Origin: an uncultured virus (IMG/VR IMGVR_UViG_2634166398_000002) | Taxonomy: Duplodnaviria > Heunggongvirae > Uroviricota > Caudoviricetes | Direction: 5' to 3' (one strand) | Length of the DNA: 20,000 bases | IMG/VR virus record: IMGVR_UViG_2634166398_000002 | Position numbers and translations under genes: made by a program | Shown: positions 1-12,885 of the stretch, in pieces | Position numbering within the stretch: position 1 is the stretch's first letter | Layout: every line of letters begins with the position of its first letter | The notes under the pieces: model-generated | Seen by the model: the letters and a program-made list of their open reading frames with translations, nothing else | The model's database searches: none | What the model was told of the DNA's origin: nothing

Positions 1-2
1 TA

Positions 3-227
3 ACAAAAACAGTTTCATTGATTACTGCGGTTCTTTCTGCAATAACACTTGTAATGAAATTTGTATTTGGTGAAGGAATGTCTTACACTGTGTTATTTGC
101 GCTTTATGTCTCGTGTATAGCTATAGCAGGATTGCTAGATAGAAGGAAACATATTGCGGCTACTTATTTTAAAGACTTGGTAATACGTATCAAAGAAGAT
201 AAAGTTAGAGACGAACAAAAAGATTGA
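3..227 (+). CDS. 3' end of a putative membrane protein (5'-truncated by the window)
   Basis: The frame is open from base 3 (TKTVSLITAVLSAITLVMKFVFG...). Two hydrophobic segments are followed by a charged tail, with stop TGA at 225-227. Confidence 0.7.
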   Translation, partial: TKTVSLITAVLSAITLVMKFVFGEGMSYTVLFALYVSCIAIAGLLDRRKHIAATYFKDLVIRIKEDKVRDEQKD

Positions 228-255
228 CGCTGTTTCCCTCTTTCTGATGATACAG

Positions 256-284
256 TTCTAAGCTTCTGGAAACCATGATATAAT
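256..284 (+). promoter_or_regulatory. SigA-type extended -10 promoter
   Basis: TG-A-TATAAT at 276-284 is a perfect extended -10. A weak -35 (TTCTAA, 256-261) sits at 17-bp spacing. The -10 ends 28 nt upstream of the ATG at 313. Confidence 0.7.
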
Positions 285-312
285 GTAGGAAAATAATACT
301 GGTGGTGGTTGG

Positions 313-939
313 ATGATCTGGGCTATCATTCTAATTTTAGTGATTGGCGCTTTCATTATTATCGGGGTTTGCGCTTCAGATAAGCAAAAAGAAATGGATA
401 AAAAAAGGGCAACCGAGATTGAGATCATCGGGAACTTCCCTTCTAATTACAAGTCGATTATTAATCCCGATAAAAATGCAAAGCTTACATTAGTTGAACC
501 GGATGATAAGTTTATGATCCACAAATTCAATCAATATGGAACACTGGAAGAAAAAATTATTCCCTTTGAAAAAATCATTGAAGCCGAGGTTTCAATTGAT
601 GATTGTACAGTTACAAAAGTATCCAAAGGAAGTCAAATAACCGGCGCTGTTGTTGGTGGATTAGCAGCAGGAAGCATTGGGGCATTAGTTGGTGGGCTAT
701 CTTCCAATAAGACAGAAACAAAACACTTCAAAAAAATTGATTTAAAATTAAAACTCGATGATTTCTCCTCCCCTATTTACAGATTTGATTTCCTGCCGAG
801 TAAAGATGAATTTGGCCTAGAGAATGTTAAAGGGTTTAAACAGGATGATCCAAAAGTTAAAGATGCTTTATCAAATGCTGAAATATGGCAAGGGATTATG
901 GAGATTGCAATACGGAAAGCAAACAAAGTCGCTCAATAA
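313..939 (+). CDS. Membrane-anchored protein at the yomJ position; candidate superinfection exclusion/immunity moron
   Basis: 208 aa with an N-terminal TM helix (IWAIILILVIGAFIIIGVC) and an internal glycine-zipper segment (GAVVGGLAAGSIGALVGGL). It has its own promoter and terminator and lies directly upstream of cwlP. Function is inferred from position and architecture. Confidence 0.6.
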   Translation: MIWAIILILVIGAFIIIGVCASDKQKEMDKKRATEIEIIGNFPSNYKSIINPDKNAKLTLVEPDDKFMIHKFNQYGTLEEKIIPFEKIIEAEVSIDDCTVTKVSKGSQITGAVVGGLAAGSIGALVGGLSSNKTETKHFKKIDLKLKLDDFSSPIYRFDFLPSKDEFGLENVKGFKQDDPKVKDALSNAEIWQGIMEIAIRKANKVAQ

Positions 940-954
940 TGAGTGGCTTTTTTA
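925..954 (+). terminator. Intrinsic terminator
   Basis: AAAGTCGCTCA-ATAA-TGAGTGGCTTT stem (two G.U pairs) running into a T tract and overlapping the stop codon of 313..939. Confidence 0.75.
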
Positions 955-1002
955 TATGCCCTAAAAATCACTCTCCCCTATTCGAAAGGATGTGACCTAT
1001 AT

Positions 1003-4000
1003 TTGAGTCAAGATTTAAAGATCATACTCACACCCAAAGCTGATACTTCTTCAAAAACTGTCGAACAGTTAAATCAGCAAATTAAATCTTTAGAGAAAAA
1101 GCTAAATTCCCTTAATTTAAAGACCAATATTGATGCCTCTGCTTTAAAGACTCTCAACGATTTCTCCTCTGCAGTCGACACTTATCAAAAACATCTCAAA
1201 TCCTTCAATCAAACAGTTAAAGAAACTACAACTATTACCAGAAGTGCTGATGGCACTGTTGAAAAGCTTACACAGCAGTATAAGAAAAATGGCGAAATCA
1301 TTCAGCGTGAAAAGAAATTCATCGACAATCGTAATCAATCACTACGTGAACAAACGCAAGAAGTTAACAGACTTACTCAAGCGACTGAAAAACTTGGTCA
1401 GGTACAGAAGAAAACAGAACAAAAGAATGCTCAAGGACAAACAACGAGGGTTACTCAAAAGAACCGCAATGGCTTTGACGATATTACCTATACTACTGAC
1501 CCAAAAACAAACGCTACGTCGTCGAAAGTTACAACAAACTATGATCAGCAACGAAAAGCAATTGAACAATTAAAACTGGATTTAGAAAAACTTAGGCAAC
1601 AAGGAATTGTAACTGATACCACCCTCTCCTCCCTTGGGCGGAAATTAAATACTGCTCAGACAGCACAGCAAATTGAAGCATTACAAAACAGAATTAAGAT
1701 GCTCGATGATAAGTCTGCTGCTGTGGCGAAAAATAATGAACTCAGAAAAACTATTGAGTTGTATCAACGTCAAGCGCAGGTAAACGTACAAAACCTTAAT
1801 ACACGTTACGGCGATACTATGGGTACCGGCAATAGACAAGCTGCTCAAGATTATTTAAATGCAGTAAATAGTCTTAATGTAAGTGCCGGCGGTAATAATA
1901 TCAGATCTCAAATGCAAAGCTTGAACATGCAATTTAGGGAATTGGCTTCAAATGCTCAAACAGCGTCTAGTCAAGCCTCCTCTTTTGGCACAGAGTTAAC
2001 TCAAGCTTTCAAAAGTATGTCGACATATTTGATCTCCGGTTCTTTGTTCTATGGTGCTATATCTGGGCTCAAGGAAATGGTTTCCCAGGCTGTTGAAATT
2101 GATACTCTAATGACGAATATCAGACGTGTAATGAATGAGCCTGATTATAAGTATAATGAGCTTCTTCAAGAGTCAATCAACTTAGGTGACACGCTTTCAA
2201 ATAAGATCACTGACATCCTGCAAATGACTGGCGATTTTGGGCGTATGGGTTTCGATGAAAGTGAACTGTCTACGCTTACTAAAACCGCTCAGGTTCTACA
2301 AAACGTCTCTGATTTAACTCCTGATGATACAGTTAACACTTTAACTGCCGCAATGTTAAACTTCAATATTGCTGCGAATGATTCTATTTCAATCGCAGAT
2401 AAGCTTAATGAAGTCGATAACAACTATGCTGTAACTACTCTTGACCTAGCGAATTCAATCCGAAAAGCAGGAAGTACCGCTTCGACTTTTGGCGTTGAAT
2501 TAAACGATCTGATTGGTTATACTACAGCAATTGCAAGTACCACCCGTGAATCAGGAAACATTGTTGGTAACTCACTTAAAACCATTTTCGCACGTATTGG
2601 GAATAATAATAGCTCAATTAAAGCCTTAGAACAGATTGGTATTTCTGTGAAAACTGCCAGTGGCGAGGCAAAATCTGCTACTGATTTAATTAATGAGTTA
2701 GCAGACAAATGGAATACCCTCAGTGATGCTCAAAAACAAAATACCTCAATAGGTGTAGCGGGCATTTATCAGCTTTCAAGATTTAATGCCTTGATGAATA
2801 ATTTCTCCATATCACAAAATGCAGCGACCACTGCATCTAATTCCGCAGGAAGCGCTTGGAGTGAACAGCAGAAGTACGCTGACAGTTTACAGGCAAGATT
2901 AAACAGGCTGTCAAATGCATTTACAGAAATGTCGATTGCCTCAAGTGAAGCCTTCATCTCTAATAGCATTGTTGTTTTTGCAGATGCACTTAAAGGATTA
3001 ATGCAAACTAGTGCTCAAATTACTAAAACAGTCGGACTCCTACCTCAAGTTTTTGGTTCTGCGACAACTGCAATCCTGCTTTTCAACACCTCTCTTCGTA
3101 CAGCTACCATCTCAACTGGAATGTCTGCAATATCAACCCTTAAAAATCTTGTCTTAAACTTTAATGCTGTTGGGATTGGCGCAACCACCGCTTCAGCTAA
3201 AACTGCAGTTTGGACTCGAGTGGTTAATGCTTCAAGCGTTGCGATGAGCAACCTAAAGAAAGTAGCAGTCTCTACAAGCGCGTTTTTAGCCGGTAGTTTT
3301 CTTCCTATGGCAGCCATGGTTGGACTTGGCGTCGTTATTGAGAAGTTAATTTCTTCTTACTCTGAGTTGAAACAAGCTAGAGAAGATTTTGAACAAGCGA
3401 AAACTACAAGCATTGAAGCAATTACAACCAATAAAGATGAAACTGATAAACTGATTAGCCAATACAAAGAACTGCAAAAGGCTAAAGATGGCGGGGCTTT
3501 ATCAGCCAATCAGGAGCAAGAATACTTACAAGTAACGCAGCAGTTGGCGCAAACGTTCCCGAATTTGATCGCCGGGTATGATTCTCAAGGGCAAGCAATC
3601 ATAAAGAAAAACCAAGCACTAAAGGATGCTATAAAGTACACTGAAGACCTTAGTAATTTAAACAAAAAAGACATTCAAACAGGTGCCAATAGTAACTTTA
3701 AGGAAAGCTTAAAAGACATTGATAAACTCAATGATAAGATTAAACAGTATAAGCAGGTTGCCGATTATTATAAAAACGGCAAGAGTTGGGATATTTTCTC
3801 TTCTGAAAATGACAAAAAAAATCAAGGTATTAAAGCTGAACAAGATGCACTACGTACTGAACAAGAGCTATCCAGCTCACAGGCTAAAATTAGAGAGCAA
3901 GTGCAACAGACAATTGATGCCTTTAACTCAATAAAGATAAATCCGAATCTTTCAAGGGAAATATCTAACGCTTTCGATAAAATCGATTTCAGCAAAATGA

Positions 4001-7000
4001 ATGCAGATGAACTTGAGTCATTTTCAATAAATGTTTCAAAATACATGGAAAATATCCAAAAAGCTCTGCAATCGGGAAATAAAAATAATTTTGATTCCGC
4101 CTCTAAAAGCTTAGAACAGCTTGTTGATCAATATATGAGTGGCAAAGATAAAGCTAATGGTTTGGCTTTATCTTATGATGACCTTAAAACTGCCATTGAC
4201 TCTACAAACGATTCTGCACAAACTGCAAAAGTAACATGGGATGAAAATGGTGAAGGTGTAGATGCATTAGGTGAGCAAGTCGGGAATTTATCTGACAAGC
4301 TCAAAGAAGCTAAAGGTGATTTTGAAGCAATTAAAGGAATCATCGATGAATTAGTTGAATCGAAGCAAAATGATGCTGCTATATCTGCTATTCAAAATGA
4401 AGCTTATGACACTATGTCTGACAGCATCTCCCCTTTAAATAACCTCCTTGAAAAAATGTCTGAAGGTAAAAGCATATCTGCAACAGAAGCCATGAAGCTT
4501 ATTCAGAAAGAACATGATCTTGCTGATGCAATTTCTGTTGAAAATGGTGTTGTAAAAATCAACAGAAATGCAGTTGTTAAGCTTCGGGACACAAAACTCA
4601 AAGCTTACAATGATATGCAACAATCTGTAAGACAAGATCTAATTAATCAGGCTAATGCATTAAACAAAAAGATTAATATGTATAAGTCTGAAGTCAAGGC
4701 TATCAAGACTGTTCAAGACGCTTATAAAATGAAGTCTGAGCTTGAAGACAACAAGAAAAAGATATACGACGAACTAAAAAAAGGGAACAGTGGTGCGCTA
4801 CAGTTCCTACCGAAAACACAAGATGATTTAAATCAGGTCACTGATATCACTGATCAGCTTAAAGAGCTTGATAAGCTAGCCGATTTGGCTTCAACTTCCC
4901 TATCTGAAACAGGAACATCTCTTGATGACCTGTCTTCTTCAAGTGATAAAGCCTCTGAGGAAATGAAAACATCTATGTACGTGGCTGATAAATACAAGGA
5001 AGCTCTGGAGAAAGTTAATGCCGAAGTTGAAAAGTACAATAAGCAAGTAAACGACTATCCAAAGTATTCTCAAAGTTATCGAAATGCCCTGCAGAAAGAA
5101 ATTAAAGCTCTTCAACAAAAGAAAAAGCTTATGCAGGAGCAAGCCAAACTCCTCAAGGATCAAATTAAGTCAGGGAACATTGCACAATACGGTATAGTTA
5201 CCTCTTCCCTTTCCTCTGGTTCATCTTCTGGTGGTTCTTATTCTTCCGGTGGCGGGTCTTACTCCGGTAAATACTCCAGCTACATTAATTCTGCCGCAAG
5301 CAAATACGGTGTTGATCCAGCTCTAATTGCAGCTGTAATCCAACAAGAATCAGGATTCAATGCAAAGGCTCGTTCTGGAGCAGGCGCAGCAGGATTAATG
5401 CAGTTGATGCCTTCCACTGCCAAAAGCTTAGGTGTAAACAATGTTTATGATCCTTATCAGAGCATTATGGGTGGCACGAAATATTTAGCCCAACAACTAA
5501 GCAAATTTGGTGGCAATGTTGAAAAAGCACTTGCTGCTTATAATGCAGGGCCTGGTAATGTAATTAAGTATGGCGGCGTCCCTCCTTTCAAGGAAACTCA
5601 GAATTATGTTCAGAAGATCATGTCTAATTACACTAAGTCAATGACTTCTGCTAATTCCTCCATTGCAAGCTACTACACGAAGAACAGTGCGTTTAGAATA
5701 AGTTCTAAATATAATGCGCAAGATGGCGCTTACCGATCAACTCCACATAAAGGTATCGACTTCGCAGCAAAAGCTGGAACCGCAATTAAATCGGTTCAGA
5801 GTGGAAAAGTTCAAATTGCTGGTTATAGTAAAACTGCCGGTAACTGGGTTGTCATTCAACAGGATGATGGAAAAGTTGCTAAGTATATGCATATGCTTGA
5901 TACCCCTTCTGTTAAAGCCGGTCAAACTGTTAAAGCTGGCCAGACCATCGGTAAAGTTGGCAGTACGGGTAATTCAACAGGAAATCACCTTCATCTTCAA
6001 ATTGAGGAAAACGGAAAGACGATTGACCCTGAGAAGTATTTAAAAGGTGTCGGTACATCTATTTCAGATGCATCTCAAGCTGAAGCAGAACGACAGCAAG
6101 CAATAGCGCAAGCTAAATCCGATCTTCTCTCCCTCCAAGGTGATATTGATTCAGTAAACGATCAGATCCAAGAGCTCAGATATGAAATCGTTCAATCGAA
6201 ACTTGATGAATATGACAAGCGTATTGGTGATTTTGATGTAAGAATCGCTAAAGACAAGGCGCTGGCTAGCCATTATCTGAGCGACAGTAAAGAATTCCGC
6301 AAGTATACCAATGATCAGAAAAAAGCTTTAACTGAACAGCAAAAGATTCAGAGTCAGAAGGTTTCTTTTATTGAAAAAGAAATTAAAACAAACAAAACTC
6401 TGAATGCCGCTCAAAGAGCACAGCTTGCTGAGGAATTAAAACAAGCTAAGATTGATCTCATCAATTTCCAAGAAGAAGTAAGAGAACTTCGAGGACAGCT
6501 CATTCAGTCTGAGGTTGATCAAACGCTTAACGGTATTGAGAAATCAACCAAGAAAACTGAATCCAAGCTTAAAGATGTTAGCAACAAAATATCCATGACC
6601 GAGGAAGATAAAGACAAGGTTAAATATTATAGCCAACAGATTAAGCTTATTCAGCAGCAACAGAATGAAGCGAAGAAGTATATCAAACAGTTGGAAGCAC
6701 AAAAGAAAGCTGCTAAAGGGTTCCCGGATATTCAGAAACAAATTACTGAAGAAATCGAGAACTGGAAAGACAAGCAGAAGGATTACAACCTGGAGCTTTA
6801 CAACACAAAGAAATCTATCAAAGATGTGTACAAATCTCTTGCTGATGAAGTTGTCTCTATCTACAAAGAGATGTACGAAAAGATGCGTGATATCGAATTA
6901 AAAGCGCACCAAAAAGCTACACAAGACTTGATTGATGAGATTGATAAAACTGATGATGAAGCTAAATACCAAAAAGAGCTCAAAGAAAAGAATCAGGCTA

Positions 7001-7887
7001 TTCAGGAAACCAAAGATAAGCTAAATAAACTGTCTCTCGATGACTCAGATGAAGCAAAATCACAGGTTAAAGACTTAGAAAAGCAACTTCAAGAACAGCA
7101 AGAAGCATTAGATGAGTTTCTTAAAGATCGTGAAAACAGTAAACGAAAAGAATCGTTACAAGATCAGCTTCAAAAAGATGAAGATTCAATTAACAAGAAA
7201 TACGATGATCTCGTTAATGATGAGCGTGGGTTTAAGGAACTTGAGAAAAAGCTAATGGATGGGAAGATTACTGATATTGCTAAGCAACTGAATGAGTTCT
7301 CTAAGTTCATTAACAGCAATATGGAGTCCATTGGGAAAAGCATCTCTAATAACCTTATCGATAAGCTTAAAGAAGCTTCTAATGCCCTTAATACTGTGAC
7401 CAAGGGTAATAAAACTGGAAAAAAGGTATCTTCTTTTGCATCGGGCGGATATACAGGTACAGGACTAGGTGCAGGTAAGCTCGCCTTCCTACACGATAAA
7501 GAGCTCATCCTTAATAAAACCGACACTGCAAATATCTTGGATACAGTAAAAGCTGTACGTGAGAAAGATGCTCCAAGTGAAGAGACGCCAAAATGGGGTC
7601 AAGGTGGGAAATTAACAGCCTTGATTAACAAAGGAATCACGACTATTCCATCAATAATTCCGAATATTAATCAATCCAGTTTTTCTAATAGTTTGATACC
7701 GAGTATTCAAAACCTCTCTTCCCCACCAGATGCAACTAAGTCAGTAAACGGCACTGTAAACAACAATAATTTTAAAGCTACATTTAACATTAATGAATCA
7801 GAAAATCCTCAGAAAACAGCTGATTTTGTATTCAATAAATTTGCAAATGGTCTTAAAAACAAGGGCATAAATTTCAACAACTCATGA
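1003..7887 (+). CDS. cwlP: Tail tape measure protein with lytic transglycosylase (SLT) and M23 endopeptidase domains (CwlP/YomI)
   Basis: Likely TTG start at 1003 after RBS AAAGGA, giving [28 protein letters not shown], which resembles the SPbeta YomI N-terminus. It has a TP901-type tape-measure core and a Ser/Gly linker at about 5200-5270. The SLT motifs are [17 protein letters not shown] and ALAAYNAG. The M23 motifs are HKGIDF, YMHM and HLHLQ. About 2294 aa. Confidence 0.93.
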   Translation: MSQDLKIILTPKADTSSKTVEQLNQQIKSLEKKLNSLNLKTNIDASALKTLNDFSSAVDTYQKHLKSFNQTVKETTTITRSADGTVEKLTQQYKKNGEIIQREKKFIDNRNQSLREQTQEVNRLTQATEKLGQVQKKTEQKNAQGQTTRVTQKNRNGFDDITYTTDPKTNATSSKVTTNYDQQRKAIEQLKLDLEKLRQQGIVTDTTLSSLGRKLNTAQTAQQIEALQNRIKMLDDKSAAVAKNNELRKTIELYQRQAQVNVQNLNTRYGDTMGTGNRQAAQDYLNAVNSLNVSAGGNNIRSQMQSLNMQFRELASNAQTASSQASSFGTELTQAFKSMSTYLISGSLFYGAISGLKEMVSQAVEIDTLMTNIRRVMNEPDYKYNELLQESINLGDTLSNKITDILQMTGDFGRMGFDESELSTLTKTAQVLQNVSDLTPDDTVNTLTAAMLNFNIAANDSISIADKLNEVDNNYAVTTLDLANSIRKAGSTASTFGVELNDLIGYTTAIASTTRESGNIVGNSLKTIFARIGNNNSSIKALEQIGISVKTASGEAKSATDLINELADKWNTLSDAQKQNTSIGVAGIYQLSRFNALMNNFSISQNAATTASNSAGSAWSEQQKYADSLQARLNRLSNAFTEMSIASSEAFISNSIVVFADALKGLMQTSAQITKTVGLLPQVFGSATTAILLFNTSLRTATISTGMSAISTLKNLVLNFNAVGIGATTASAKTAVWTRVVNASSVAMSNLKKVAVSTSAFLAGSFLPMAAMVGLGVVIEKLISSYSELKQAREDFEQAKTTSIEAITTNKDETDKLISQYKELQKAKDGGALSANQEQEYLQVTQQLAQTFPNLIAGYDSQGQAIIKKNQALKDAIKYTEDLSNLNKKDIQTGANSNFKESLKDIDKLNDKIKQYKQVADYYKNGKSWDIFSSENDKKNQGIKAEQDALRTEQELSSSQAKIREQVQQTIDAFNSIKINPNLSREISNAFDKIDFSKMNADELESFSINVSKYMENIQKALQSGNKNNFDSASKSLEQLVDQYMSGKDKANGLALSYDDLKTAIDSTNDSAQTAKVTWDENGEGVDALGEQVGNLSDKLKEAKGDFEAIKGIIDELVESKQNDAAISAIQNEAYDTMSDSISPLNNLLEKMSEGKSISATEAMKLIQKEHDLADAISVENGVVKINRNAVVKLRDTKLKAYNDMQQSVRQDLINQANALNKKINMYKSEVKAIKTVQDAYKMKSELEDNKKKIYDELKKGNSGALQFLPKTQDDLNQVTDITDQLKELDKLADLASTSLSETGTSLDDLSSSSDKASEEMKTSMYVADKYKEALEKVNAEVEKYNKQVNDYPKYSQSYRNALQKEIKALQQKKKLMQEQAKLLKDQIKSGNIAQYGIVTSSLSSGSSSGGSYSSGGGSYSGKYSSYINSAASKYGVDPALIAAVIQQESGFNAKARSGAGAAGLMQLMPSTAKSLGVNNVYDPYQSIMGGTKYLAQQLSKFGGNVEKALAAYNAGPGNVIKYGGVPPFKETQNYVQKIMSNYTKSMTSANSSIASYYTKNSAFRISSKYNAQDGAYRSTPHKGIDFAAKAGTAIKSVQSGKVQIAGYSKTAGNWVVIQQDDGKVAKYMHMLDTPSVKAGQTVKAGQTIGKVGSTGNSTGNHLHLQIEENGKTIDPEKYLKGVGTSISDASQAEAERQQAIAQAKSDLLSLQGDIDSVNDQIQELRYEIVQSKLDEYDKRIGDFDVRIAKDKALASHYLSDSKEFRKYTNDQKKALTEQQKIQSQKVSFIEKEIKTNKTLNAAQRAQLAEELKQAKIDLINFQEEVRELRGQLIQSEVDQTLNGIEKSTKKTESKLKDVSNKISMTEEDKDKVKYYSQQIKLIQQQQNEAKKYIKQLEAQKKAAKGFPDIQKQITEEIENWKDKQKDYNLELYNTKKSIKDVYKSLADEVVSIYKEMYEKMRDIELKAHQKATQDLIDEIDKTDDEAKYQKELKEKNQAIQETKDKLNKLSLDDSDEAKSQVKDLEKQLQEQQEALDEFLKDRENSKRKESLQDQLQKDEDSINKKYDDLVNDERGFKELEKKLMDGKITDIAKQLNEFSKFINSNMESIGKSISNNLIDKLKEASNALNTVTKGNKTGKKVSSFASGGYTGTGLGAGKLAFLHDKELILNKTDTANILDTVKAVREKDAPSEETPKWGQGGKLTALINKGITTIPSIIPNINQSSFSNSLIPSIQNLSSPPDATKSVNGTVNNNNFKATFNINESENPQKTADFVFNKFANGLKNKGINFNNS

Positions 7888-7918
7888 GCCAGTGTATATG
7901 CTGGCTCTTCTTATTTTT
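7886..7918 (+). terminator. Intrinsic terminator-like hairpin after cwlP
   Basis: GAGCCAG-TGTATATG-CTGGCTC followed by TTCTTATTTTT. Confidence 0.65.
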
Positions 7919-7931
7919 GAGGTGATAAAAA

Positions 7932-8693
7932 TTGATTAGAGAAAGCCTCTATTTTTTATTTAATAACGAAAAATCAAGTGACTATGGCGTCACAAATGTT
8001 AATACTGATTCAGGCTTAGTTGAGGAACCGTTCTTAGGCTCAAGAACAGTCAATGAAACTTATGTAAAGGGTCGACCTGAACCCTACACTGAAGGTGTTA
8101 AACAGGAACCTAAGCAATTCCCATTGAATTTTTATCTCGGTGATCACTTTGATGAAAAGAATGTACGAGCAATTAAACGTTGGTTAAGTGTAGATGATTA
8201 CAAGCCTTTTGCGTTTAGCCAAAACCTTGATATCGTTTATTATGCAATGCCAGTAGATACAGCTGATTTAGTTCATAATGCCGCTCGTAATGGCTACGTC
8301 CGGTTAACTATGAAATGCAACTCCCCTTACGCTTACAGTCGAAATGCAATTACTCATGCCTTTGATATATCCTCTGGTACTGAAATTGTTGAGTTGCATA
8401 ATAAAGGCGATGTAAACATCTTCCCCTCTTTAGAAATATTGAAAATTGGTGATGGTGACATAAAAATCGAAAATCTCAGTGATTTCAGCGAACCGTTTTT
8501 ATTCAGCAACTTGAAAGATAAGGAGCTCTTAAAAATAAACAGCGAAAAAGAAATTATTGAGTCTAATCTTTATGGCAATGAGCGCTATGACGATTTTAAT
8601 GACCAGTACTTGAGATTGGGATTTGGAAGGAACAGATTAAAGGTTACAGGGAATTGCAAATTAAGATTTTCATTTAGATACAAGTATTTGTAG
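7932..8693 (+). CDS. yomH: Distal tail (Dit-like) protein, YomH-like
   Basis: 253 aa, TTG start after RBS GAGGTGA. It occupies the position right after the tape measure and has Dit-like motifs (FNNEKSSDYGV, CNSPYAYS, LGFGRNRLKV). Confidence 0.8.
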   Translation: MIRESLYFLFNNEKSSDYGVTNVNTDSGLVEEPFLGSRTVNETYVKGRPEPYTEGVKQEPKQFPLNFYLGDHFDEKNVRAIKRWLSVDDYKPFAFSQNLDIVYYAMPVDTADLVHNAARNGYVRLTMKCNSPYAYSRNAITHAFDISSGTEIVELHNKGDVNIFPSLEILKIGDGDIKIENLSDFSEPFLFSNLKDKELLKINSEKEIIESNLYGNERYDDFNDQYLRLGFGRNRLKVTGNCKLRFSFRYKYL

Positions 8694-12005
<3,312 letters not shown>

Positions 12006-12025
12006 GAAAGGACGGTGAATTTAGT

Positions 12026-12844
12026 TTGGATTTTCCTCAGCTCTATAACGACCCTACACTTTCTCAAAAAAGGAAGGGTTCAATCGATGACCCTTATTTA
12101 AGCTATAGTGAAACTTTAACTGTTTACAATGGTCGAGTCTTACTTACAGAAGTGCCTAACCGTGAGTACAGGGTCGAGGTTAGTGGTGACAGTAAAGAAT
12201 GGCGAGAAATTGAAGATGGTGAATTAGAAGACAACTACTTTAAGGTTGATTATCTTATGGGAGTTGTCTTTTTCAATGGTTCAAATGAAGGCAAATCACT
12301 TACTTTTACATATCAAGGAGAAGGCGCATCCTTCTTCCCTGCCTCAAGAATTTGGATTAAACGACAAGGAAATATGGTCATTGAAACGCTTCAAGGCTTA
12401 ATTGATGATGCTGAAGATGCCATTATTCGTATCAATGAACGTATTGCTGAATGTGAACGTGTCACCAAGCGATGTATTGAAATAACAAATTGGTGCAGAC
12501 AAGCAACATCAGATTATGAATATGTAGTTGAAAACACTAGGAAGATTTACAAACCCTCTGTTTATACATTCGCAGATATACAAACAACTTACCCCAATCC
12601 ACTTATAGGATGGACGGTTGCTGTAAAAGAAAACAAAACCGTGTATAGATGGGATGGTTTTGATTGGATTGATATTGGAACTTCGGAAGCTTACGAAGGT
12701 TTCAATATCTTATTAAGCGCTGTAGAACCTTTCAATACTAATTATGTATGGTATCAGGATGAAGGCTTAATTCCAGAAAAACAAAGAGTTGTTATATCAA
12801 ACGTTGCTCCAGAATCAGGTGCAGTTTGGTATGAAATTGATTAA
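12026..12844 (+). CDS. yomF: YomF-like baseplate/tail protein
   Basis: 272 aa, TTG start after GAAAGGACGGTGA. Size and position match SPbeta yomF as recalled. It carries a tail-protein-like motif (YPNPLIGWTVAVKENKTVYRWDG). Confidence 0.7.
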   Translation: MDFPQLYNDPTLSQKRKGSIDDPYLSYSETLTVYNGRVLLTEVPNREYRVEVSGDSKEWREIEDGELEDNYFKVDYLMGVVFFNGSNEGKSLTFTYQGEGASFFPASRIWIKRQGNMVIETLQGLIDDAEDAIIRINERIAECERVTKRCIEITNWCRQATSDYEYVVENTRKIYKPSVYTFADIQTTYPNPLIGWTVAVKENKTVYRWDGFDWIDIGTSEAYEGFNILLSAVEPFNTNYVWYQDEGLIPEKQRVVISNVAPESGAVWYEID

Positions 12845-12871
12845 AGGAGACTTCGATCGGGTCTCTTTTTT
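12843..12871 (+). terminator. Intrinsic terminator-like hairpin between yomF and the spike gene
   Basis: AAAGGAGAC-TTCGATCGG-GTCTCTTTT followed by further Ts. Confidence 0.6.
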
Positions 12872-12885
12872 ATGGAGGTAAATGA

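Noticed and set aside
943..1002. GTG start at 943 for the tape measure, as given in the ORF track
   Set aside because: It lies inside the upstream terminator and has no RBS. TTG at 1003 has an RBS and gives the YomI-like N-terminus.
5200..5280. TCT/GGT-rich low-complexity stretch as a possible repeat element
   Set aside because: It encodes the Ser/Gly linker before the SLT domain, so the repetition is explained by the protein.
1144..7526. Numerous short antisense and alternate-frame ORFs inside cwlP
   Set aside because: They are fully nested in a long, well-supported gene and show no recognisable motifs. They are typical shadow ORFs.
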